Notes under the pieces: model-generated
Databases searched by the model: none
What the model was told of the DNA's origin: nothing
Seen by the model: only the letters and a program-made list of their open reading frames with translations
Position numbers and translations under genes: made by a program
DNA from: a virus
Taxonomy: Duplodnaviria > Caudoviricetes
IMG/VR virus record: IMGVR_UViG_3300005440_000008
Coordinates: 32,001 to 96,000 of that record
DNA length: 64,000 nucleotides
Strand: one strand, 5' to 3'
Part shown: one piece after another, positions 8,585 through 16,900 of the stretch
Layout of the letters: the number at the start of each line of letters is the position of its first letter
Numbering within the stretch: position 1 is the first letter of the stretch

Positions 8585-9766
8585 CTACAGGAGCACATCG
8601 TCGGTCTCGAGCGCCTGGCCCGTGTCGAGCGCGGTCACGACGGTCCGCCCGCCGCGCATCGGATCGAGGCCGAGGTTGAGGAGCTGCAAGACTTGATTCC
8701 GATACGGGAGGTTGCCAGGGCGCCGGGGCCCGAACGTCCACGTGAAGCCGATGAAGTCGCCGACGCCCGCGTGCGCCAGCACCGGGCTCTCCACCGAGAA
8801 CTCGACCCGGGCCCCCGTCGTCCGCTCGGCGAAGCTCTGCCGTCGGTAGAGCACCTCCGACCAGGTCAGGAGATCGGCCGCGCGGCGCAGCCCCCGAAGG
8901 GTCATCGTCTTGCGCGCCTCGCCGTGGACGCCCCGGGAGACGACGGCCTCTCGCATGGCATCCCCGGTCGTCGTGATCAGGGAGGACGGCGTCCCGCCGG
9001 CCCAGTTCTGGAGGTAGAAGAGGTCGAGCGCGTTGACGAGGCTCTCGTGCTGCCCCGTGCAGGTGACGCCCTCGTCGCCGTCCACGCAGTCGCGCGAGGC
9101 GACCACGTGGGCGACCAGCGCGGAGGCGTCGGGCAGGGCGCCGCCATCGTCCACGCTCAGCACGATGGTCCCGTCCGCCCGCATGGCCGCCCGGCCCATC
9201 ACGTTGAAGAGGATCTCCTGGATCCAGGCGGCGATGTCCCGCTCGTCGTGGACTACCCAGGCGGTGCGGTAGTCGCGCCGCTCCACGATTTCCGCCGCCG
9301 CCCGCCAGGAGGGCAGATCCACCACGCTCAGCGGGAACGCCGCGCGGCTGAAGAGCAGATCCGCCAGCTGCGAGATGGCGTTGACGATCAAGGTCCCCTC
9401 GAGGTCGGGGAAGACCGCGTCATACAGCTTGCCGCGGCCGCGCCAGGTCACGGCGTCGTCGGGCTGCGCGGCAAACGTGATCGTGGCGATCTCGCCTTGG
9501 CCCTGGTAGTCGTTCGCCAGGTTGAGTGTGAAGCCCGTGCTCTGGAGCACCGGCCCGATGTAGACCGCGGTGATGGCGTCGACGGGATGGGCCGCGGCGG
9601 CGTAGGTGAAGGTCGCCTGGTCGATCAGCACCGCGGGGCACGGTCCGGCGATCCCACCGATGGTGAGGTCCCCATAGCAATCGCCGATGATGGCGGCCGC
9701 GTCGCCCGGATCCGTGTAGCGGCCGGCGCGCACGAGACTGAGCGGACGTCCGATCTCGATGGGCAT
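8585..9766 (-). CDS. Minor tail / tail-tip hub-like protein
   Basis: 393 aa; position at the end of the tail operon; beta-rich. Confidence 0.7.
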   Translation of the reverse strand: MPIEIGRPLSLVRAGRYTDPGDAAAIIGDCYGDLTIGGIAGPCPAVLIDQATFTYAAAAHPVDAITAVYIGPVLQSTGFTLNLANDYQGQGEIATITFAAQPDDAVTWRGRGKLYDAVFPDLEGTLIVNAISQLADLLFSRAAFPLSVVDLPSWRAAAEIVERRDYRTAWVVHDERDIAAWIQEILFNVMGRAAMRADGTIVLSVDDGGALPDASALVAHVVASRDCVDGDEGVTCTGQHESLVNALDLFYLQNWAGGTPSSLITTTGDAMREAVVSRGVHGEARKTMTLRGLRRAADLLTWSEVLYRRQSFAERTTGARVEFSVESPVLAHAGVGDFIGFTWTFGPRRPGNLPYRNQVLQLLNLGLDPMRGGRTVVTALDTGQALETDDVLL

Positions 9767-9769
9767 CGG

Positions 9770-10219
9770 TCAGAGCCGCGCGATCTCGAGACGGAGGGCC
9801 TTCTTCGTCAGCGTCCACTGCTGGATCTGGCCGCTGACCGCGAGCAGCGCGTCGTCGGGCGAGAGATCGGGGAACGTGACGTACACCTCGGCCGCTCGCT
9901 TGAGGAGGTATTCCTGGCCCACCAGCCGGCCCATCGCCAGGTCGGTGTTGTCGAGCTCGACGCTGACGTGGGGCAGCTCCAGCTGCGTCCACGCTCCGAG
10001 GACGGCCTGGCCGATCGGCTCGGCGCCCTGCTCGATCGGCGACATGGAGGTGATCCGCGCCCCCCGCTCGAGCACGGGCGCGTCGAACGCCCAGGCGAGC
10101 CCGGGCCAGTAGACCCCATAGATCCGATCGCCCATCGGCAGGTGAAGCACCACGATGGGGACGAGCGCCGCGCGCGCCTCGAGCTGGTCCAGCCATGCCG
10201 GGGTGATCGGCTCGCTCAC
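9770..10219 (-). CDS. Minor tail protein
   Basis: GTG start overlapping upstream TGA; VSVELDNTD...SGQI..WTL hub-like N-terminal pattern. Confidence 0.65.
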   Translation of the reverse strand: MSEPITPAWLDQLEARAALVPIVVLHLPMGDRIYGVYWPGLAWAFDAPVLERGARITSMSPIEQGAEPIGQAVLGAWTQLELPHVSVELDNTDLAMGRLVGQEYLLKRAAEVYVTFPDLSPDDALLAVSGQIQQWTLTKKALRLEIARL

Positions 10220-11394
10220 GCCGTCTCGTCCCCCCGCGTGCGCGGGCGCTCCACGAAGCTGACGTCGACGCGGCGCTGCTCCGGGACGCTGGGCAGGTTC
10301 CGCGAGCTGAAGTCCCCCGCCCACTCGCAAAGGCGCACGGAGCCAAGGTCGCCCGGCTTCCGGTGCACCCAGATCGGGCGAACCGCGCCGTCGGATGCGT
10401 GGAGCCCGCGATAGGCGGCCTCGAGGGCCGTGTCCTGGGCGGCCGCGAGCGGGCCGAACGCCCAGTCGTAGCGACGGAGGCCGTTGATGATGAACTCGGC
10501 CGGGCTGGTCGGCTCGACTACGGTCGCGATCGTCTGGAACCCGAGCGGGAGCCGCACCATCGCCCAGGGGGACCACCGCTCAGCGAGCACCTCGGCCGGC
10601 GTGAGGGGGCGATTCCACGCCTTCATCCACTGCCACGTGCCGTTGATGTTGAAGCCGAAGTCTTCACCGAAGCCCCATTGCAGTGCGGTCGCGTTAGGGA
10701 CTGGAAGATCGAGGGTCCCAGTGACCGGGTCTCCCAGCTGAAGCCCGTCGACGAAGAAGGTGTACACCTTGCCCGCGGTTCGCGTGACCGCCACCGTATA
10801 GAATCGGTCGTCGGTGAGGGTCTGACCGACCGTTGAAATGGCGTAGTCGTTTACAAACGGAGCGGGGTGGATCTTGAAATAGAACCGATATTGAGATGTC
10901 GCGCCGGCCAGGGCCGCGTAGTTCCAATTCCATCGAACGCTGACGTTGGACCCCCCGTCGGTGCGACCGCAAAACGTCCGCTGGGACGCATCCGCCGTGA
11001 TCAGCGTGTTGATCCGCACCGCACACATCAGGGTGAACTCGCCCGACGCGAAGTCCCAGTCACTGATGCTGTACTTGTGGTTGACGCCGAAGTTGCCGTA
11101 CTGGCCCCCGCCCGATCCAATGTAAAACCCCGGTCCGTGGGGGGTACTCACGAATGCGCCGAGCGACTGCCCGCCGCCCACGTTGAACACCGCCGGTCGG
11201 TTGTAGCGGGACAGGTCCGGAAACCGAACGGCCGCCCCGCTTGGCGTGCCCGAGTCGCCCAGGAAGCCGATCGCCGACGGCCACCAGAACCCGAGGAGCC
11301 CACGGGCACGCGGGTGGTGTTCATCGAGCACCACACCGGGGATGGGCGGGTTGCGCCCGTTCCAGAGCGGACCGAGCAGAAGCGGCCGGATCAT
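10216..11394 (-). CDS. LamG/concanavalin-A-like lectin domain fused to the C-terminal part of a distal-tail-like protein
   Basis: GLLGFW...DLS, FTLMCAVR, FYTVAVTR...FFVDG, WNRPLTPAEV LamG motifs; last ~90 aa resemble the C-terminus of 12830-13903. Confidence 0.8.
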   Translation of the reverse strand: MIRPLLLGPLWNGRNPPIPGVVLDEHHPRARGLLGFWWPSAIGFLGDSGTPSGAAVRFPDLSRYNRPAVFNVGGGQSLGAFVSTPHGPGFYIGSGGGQYGNFGVNHKYSISDWDFASGEFTLMCAVRINTLITADASQRTFCGRTDGGSNVSVRWNWNYAALAGATSQYRFYFKIHPAPFVNDYAISTVGQTLTDDRFYTVAVTRTAGKVYTFFVDGLQLGDPVTGTLDLPVPNATALQWGFGEDFGFNINGTWQWMKAWNRPLTPAEVLAERWSPWAMVRLPLGFQTIATVVEPTSPAEFIINGLRRYDWAFGPLAAAQDTALEAAYRGLHASDGAVRPIWVHRKPGDLGSVRLCEWAGDFSSRNLPSVPEQRRVDVSFVERPRTRGDETA

Positions 11395-11984
11395 TCGTCG
11401 AAGGTCTGGGCGCTGGCCTCGACGCGAACCGAGTCGCCGGTGCTCTGGGGGCCGTAGTCGATCACCACCTCGGTGAAGGAGCCGCCGACCACCCAGATCG
11501 GATCCAGCTCATCGGCCTTACTGGTCACCGGGTCCGCCTGTCCCGCCGTGTGGGTGAAGGTGAGGGGGCGATCCAGCGTGATGACGGCGGCGGCGACCTT
11601 GGAGACCTTGCCCCATTCCTCGCGGGCGGTCCCGGGGGCGATGAGAATGCGGTCCCCGGCCAAGAACCCAGCCCCTGAGGCCAGGGTGAGCACGTTCTGG
11701 CCGGCGGCGCTATCAGACGCCACCGTCGTTGATCCCGCCGCGATCGACCCGGAGTTCCCAAAGAACACGTTCCCCCCGTAGGCGATCGCGTCGGCATTCA
11801 GCGTCCGTCTCACGGACACGTCGATGACGGGGGCGATCACGGCCGTCCCGGTGCGACCGATCCGAATGAAGATGTAGGCCGCGACCTTCTCGGTGAGGTC
11901 GATCACCCCTCGGGCGACGCTCCCCCGGGCGAGGGTAGCGGACGGGATGATTGGGACGTTGTCTGTCCAGACCGGCGTGGGCAT
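11391..11984 (-). CDS. Virion structural protein (beta-rich)
   Basis: AAAGGAG RBS; LTLASGAGFLAGDRILI...EWGKV..V....ITLDRPL motif common in tail proteins. Confidence 0.7.
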   Translation of the reverse strand: MPTPVWTDNVPIIPSATLARGSVARGVIDLTEKVAAYIFIRIGRTGTAVIAPVIDVSVRRTLNADAIAYGGNVFFGNSGSIAAGSTTVASDSAAGQNVLTLASGAGFLAGDRILIAPGTAREEWGKVSKVAAAVITLDRPLTFTHTAGQADPVTSKADELDPIWVVGGSFTEVVIDYGPQSTGDSVRVEASAQTFDE

Positions 11985-12008
11985 AGGTGGTGTGCGCTCC
12001 TTTCGTGT

Positions 12009-12830
12009 CTACAACCCCGCCCACCGCCCGGACGCCATCCGACGTCGCGGCGATGCGCGGTCGATCGATTCGCGGTCGCCCAGCTCGAAGGGCGGCTCGA
12101 GGTACGGGCCGAGATAGGCCTCGCTGATCCGGATGAACCCGTCCGGGTTTGCCGGGTCGGTGATGTCCAGGCCCCAGTAGCGATGGGTCCGTGCCGGGGG
12201 CCCCAGGTAGTGGACGAGCTGCCCGGTCGGCGCGCCGTCCTCGTCGAGGGGGATGGTCACCGGGTCGCTCACGGTGAGCGGGGTGTAGGTCGGGCTCGCC
12301 GACGCCAGCAGGCGCACCACGGCGGCAGCCGTCAGGTTGTGGTCCAGGAGCGCGAGCACGGTGGGTGTCTTGGCCGCGCCGAGGTCGGCCCGGATCCGCA
12401 CGGTTGCCGTCACGTCGAGCGAGCGGAACTCGGTGTCCCGGTCGCCGTCGAGCAGCTGCTCGATGCCGTGCGGCCGCACGCCCCGGAAGCGGAACCGGTC
12501 GGGGGGCTCGTAGACGTCGCCGGACGGGAAGAGGGCGCTGACGCCGTCCGTGAGGAGGATGGCCGACGACGTCGTCAGGAGGATCGCGCTGCTGCTGAGG
12601 ACGTCCGCGTCGGGCGACCAGTAGAACGTGGCCACGCCGGAGACGCCCGGGAGATCGATCTGGATCACGTACTCGCGCTCCTGGAGGCCCGCGAACACGC
12701 CGGCGAGCTCCACGTCGCCGTCCCGGCTCTCCTTCTGCACGGCGCTCAGGACGCCGACCGCTTCCGGGCTCGCGGTCAGCACCGCCTCGAGGAGATAGTT
12801 GTCGTGGAAGAGCCGCGGGCGGATGGGCAT
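12009..12830 (-). CDS. Distal-tail-like protein, paralog 2 (C-terminally truncated)
   Basis: Shares LD.DRDTEFR, TPTVLALLDHNL, RYW, NP.NPDG..R.SE.YLG.YLE with 12830-13903. Confidence 0.75.
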   Translation of the reverse strand: MPIRPRLFHDNYLLEAVLTASPEAVGVLSAVQKESRDGDVELAGVFAGLQEREYVIQIDLPGVSGVATFYWSPDADVLSSSAILLTTSSAILLTDGVSALFPSGDVYEPPDRFRFRGVRPHGIEQLLDGDRDTEFRSLDVTATVRIRADLGAAKTPTVLALLDHNLTAAAVVRLLASASPTYTPLTVSDPVTIPLDEDGAPTGQLVHYLGPPARTHRYWGLDITDPANPDGFIRISEAYLGPYLEPPFELGDRESIDRASPRRRMASGRWAGL

Positions 12831-13903
12831 CAGAGGGTCCGCGGCACCTCGGCCAGGCGCGCCTCCACCGCGTAGCGCTCCGGCGAGCCGGGATGGTTCG
12901 CGCTCGGCGCGGCCGGCGACCACTCCACGAGGACGAGCATGTCCGGATCGGCGCTGTCGAGATGCAGGAGGCCGGGCTCGGTGCGCGCCCGCGCTGCGTC
13001 GAAGAGCCCCTCGAAGATCGCGAAGAGCGCGTCCCGGTCCTCCTCGAGGAGCTGGTCCCAGTCGACCGTCAGATTCCGCGCCAGGACGGGCACCGCGACC
13101 AGCCACCGCCCGGTGACCGCGCGATCCCGCTGGACGACCCGCTGCCACTGGCGCACGTCGCCGAGCTCGACCCGGCGCCGCGTCTCGAGATAGGTGCCGA
13201 GGTAGAGCTCGCTCCAGCGGAGGTACCCATCCGGATTCCCCGGGTTCGACACCGCCACACGCCAGTAGCGATAGGTGCGAGGCGGAGCCCCCAGGTAGTG
13301 TACGAGGGGCGACCCGGGCACGACGGGGATCGCGTCGTTCACGGCCACCGAGGCGAAGGCGTCCGCGGAGGCCTGGAGCCGGAGCGAGGCGCCGGCGACC
13401 AGGTTGTGGTCGAGCAGCGCCAACACGGTGGGGGTCACGGCCGCCGTGAAGTCCAGCGTGCAGGTCACCGGCCCGGTCCCCGCAGTCCGGAACTCGGTAT
13501 CGCGGTCGGCGTCGAGCATGCGCGCCGGGCCCCAGGGCAAGTACGCGCGCCAGCGCCACACGTCGCCCGCCTCGCAGTCGGTGCTCACCCCACGGCTGAA
13601 TCGGATCGTGAGCCCGAAGGACAGCGCGACGGGCAGCTCGCTCGTCAGCACGCCCGTGGCGACGAAGGTGGCGCCGTCGTCCTCCGACCACTTGAAGGTC
13701 GCGACGCCCACGTTCCCGCTGACCTCGATCTCCACCAGGTAGTCCCGGGCGACCAGGCCGGTGTACGCGCCGGCGACCACCACGATCGAGGAGCCGAGCC
13801 CGTCTTTTCGGAGGGCGGTGATCCGCCCCGTCGCGGCTTCCGAGACCGTCAGGAGCGCGACGTCGCTGATGAGATTGTGGTTGAGCCAGCGCGTCGGGCC
13901 CAT
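12830..13903 (-). CDS. Distal-tail-like protein, paralog 1
   Basis: First gene after the tape measure; 357 aa. Confidence 0.75.
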   Translation of the reverse strand: MGPTRWLNHNLISDVALLTVSEAATGRITALRKDGLGSSIVVVAGAYTGLVARDYLVEIEVSGNVGVATFKWSEDDGATFVATGVLTSELPVALSFGLTIRFSRGVSTDCEAGDVWRWRAYLPWGPARMLDADRDTEFRTAGTGPVTCTLDFTAAVTPTVLALLDHNLVAGASLRLQASADAFASVAVNDAIPVVPGSPLVHYLGAPPRTYRYWRVAVSNPGNPDGYLRWSELYLGTYLETRRRVELGDVRQWQRVVQRDRAVTGRWLVAVPVLARNLTVDWDQLLEEDRDALFAIFEGLFDAARARTEPGLLHLDSADPDMLVLVEWSPAAPSANHPGSPERYAVEARLAEVPRTL

Positions 13904-16900
13904 CAGAGCCGCGGGTCTCCCGCCGTGAAGCTCCGGCGGTTCCGACGCCGCAAGATCTCGTCAAACTCGCGCGCGACCTGCTCGGCGAGCCCCCGCGGAT
14001 CCTTCGCGTCGCCCTGGATGGTGATGTTCACGGTGATCGCGGTCCCGCTGCCGTCGCGCCCCTCGTTCCACGCCATCAGGTCGTCATAGTGAAGCGCGGC
14101 CGCGCGGCGGTTCATGACGATCTCGCCGCCCTCCGCGAGGACAGGCACCTCGCCGCTCCCCCGGACGAGACCACCCTCGTGATACAGGCCGAGCCCGCTC
14201 GTCATGTCCGTCAGCCCGGGCGCGACGCGGAAGAGGTCCTCCGTCGAGATCCCGTGCGCGCTCATGTACGCCTGGGCGAAGCCCGGCATGCCGATCCGCA
14301 TGAGCGCCCCGATGTCCCCCTGCCGGACGATGTAGTCGACGAGCTGCTTGCGCCCGTAGACGTCCTCGGCCATGAACTCGGCGAGCCGGGCCTGGAGGTC
14401 CCCTGCCCGCGCCGTGCCGTAACCCTGCGCCATCGCGTCGAGCGCGGCCTGGGTCGTGCCGGCCGGGAGGGCGATCTGGGGGAGCGCGCTCCCGATCACG
14501 GCGGCGTCCGAGCTCGCGAAGCCCGGGTTCATCGCGCCGAACAAGCCGAGCGCGGACCGCTCGAGGTTGCCCGGCCCGATCAGGTCGTAGAGCCCCGAAT
14601 GCGAGCTGACCCAGTCGAGCGGGTCGAAGCCGGCCGGCAGCCCCGCGTACTGCTGGAGCTGGCGCACGAGCCCGAGGAAGTCCTCGTTCGTCCCCGCGGG
14701 CTGCGCGGGCAGCATCACGCCGCGCGCCGCGAGCGCGTCCGCGACCCGCATGTAGCCGAAGACGGAGGCGACCTGGAGCGGGGCGATCTGCTGCTGCAGC
14801 GTGGCGATCACCTCCGGACCCAGCTCCTTGATCTGTGACGCGGCGCCGCCCGTCCCGCCCGTGCTCAAGAGGTTACTGATCGGGCTAATGGTCGCGATGC
14901 CCGCCTGCATGATCGGGAACGCGGCCTGGAGCGCGCGGAGCTGCGCGTCCGGGGCCATCGCGTTGATCTCGCCGAGCCCCGCCGTGACGGCCGCGGCCAG
15001 CTGGAGCTTCGGAAGCGCCTCGTCGAAGGCGCGCCGGATCTCGGCGCTCTCCTGGGTCTGGTTGATGACGCGCTCTTGCTCTTTGTGCAGCATGTTCATG
15101 AACGCGATCGCGCCCACGGCGGCGATGGGGGCGAGGGTGATCCCCACGCCGCTGATCACCCCACCCGCCGCGGCGAGGCCCGTCGCCGGGACGAACCCGG
15201 CCGCGCCCGCCGTGCCGACCGCCGCGGTGCCGCCGAGGAGGCCCGTCGAGAGCAGCGCTCCGGTTCCCGCCGCGGCGCCGAGGGTGCCGAAGGCGATCTG
15301 GCCCGCCCCGATCGCCCCGCCGGTCTGGATGCCCTGGTAGATGCCGTAGAGCCCGGCCAGCGCCCCGGCGGCGCCCCCCACGGCGGTCAGGGCGGTCCCC
15401 GCGCCCCCGGCGAAGCCGAGTGACGAGAGTCCCGATGACGTCTGCTCCGGGAACGTCGACGCGAGGGACGAGATCCCGCGGATTGCCTGAAGCGTCCCGA
15501 GCCCGATCCCGGCCGGGTTCCCGGACTGGCTCCCCTGGTAGATCCCCGCGAGGCCACCCCCGACATTCGCCGCGCCCGCCGCGCCGCTGAACAGACCGCC
15601 CGCGCTGTCGAGCATCCTCGACGAGGTCACGGTATCGTTGAGCCCAATCCAAGGCCCCGCCCCCGTTGGGACGTCGCCGCCGAAGACGCCTCCGTAGGTC
15701 GGATCTGCCCCCGCGCTCAGTGGCATTGCAACCGTGGTCATCCCGCTGTAATCGATGCCGGCGCCAACAGACCCGAAATCGAAATTCCCAAAGTCAAACC
15801 CGCTCGTATCGAGCGACGTGCCGCCGAGCGTCGCGCCACCCCAATCGAAGCCGCCGGTCGTCCCGCTGAAGTTCCCCGCGGCGTCGAAGATGCCCGGGGC
15901 GCCCGTATTACCCCCGACAATCGTCCCGCCCGCGGACGTATTTGGCGTCACAAACGCTCCAGAGCCGTTAGAACCGCCGCCAAATACCTTGAGGACCCCA
16001 CCGAGAAGTCCTCCGGCTCCACCGATCGTCGAGCCGTCGACGCTGAATCCGCCGCCGCTCCCGCCGGTGCCGCCGATGGTGATCCCGCCGCCCCCGCTTG
16101 AGCCGAACAGCACGTTGGACAGGAAGCCCAGGAAAGCCTTCACCGCGGCCGACGCCAGGAAGTCCGTGATCGTCCGCAGCATCGACTGGCCGAGCTGCTT
16201 GAAGACGTCCATCAGGCTCTTCGTCTCGCCGGTGATCACGTTGAAGAAGAGGTCGGACAGCGAGCGCGTCATGGACGAGGCAATGCCCCGGAGCATCCGG
16301 TCGATCCCTTCCCAGACCGTGTCCATCTCCGCGCCGATCAGGCGCACCGTGCCGATCACGAAGCCGGCGTAGTCGCCGACGAACTGGGCCCGCTGCTGAT
16401 AGGTCGCCGCCTCCTGGATGGCGAGCGCCTTCTGCATCCCGTTCAGCGCCCGGAGCGCGTTCAGCTCGCGGTCGCGCTGCCGCAGGATCGCGTCTGCCGT
16501 CTTGGCGGCGATCTCGATCTCGCGGATGCTCGCGTCCTCGAACCCCTTCAGACGCTCCGCCGCGATCGCGGCGGCATTGTCCATGTCCTGCTCGCGCAGC
16601 GCCTGCAGCTTCTGGATGGTGCCGGCCTCGATGGCCAGGCGCTTGCGCTCCGTGTCGTCCCAACCCTTCAGCTTGGCGAGGTTCGCGTCGACGGTGACCT
16701 GGACCTCGGCCTGCCGGGCGGACTCCTCGGCCGCGAAGCGCTTGCCGGTGAGCCGCTGGATCGCGGCGTCGTACTCCTCCTGCGAGAGGCGCCGGCGTGA
16801 GAGCGAGTCGTCCAGGAACCGCTGAAGCGCGTCGTAGTTCTTCTTGGTTCGCTCCTCCTCGGACTCCCAGAAGGGCCGCGACAGGTCCCGGACCTGAACG

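Noticed and set aside
7799-10414. 871-aa + strand ORF (also 38519-41362, 36859-38787, 45636-47348, 58019-59668)
   Set aside because: Antisense shadows of well-supported - strand genes; Arg/Gly/His-rich with no motifs, as expected in very GC-rich DNA
10216-11394. LamG gene as a diversity-generating retroelement target
   Set aside because: No reverse transcriptase and no adenine-variant template/variable repeat pair seen in the window
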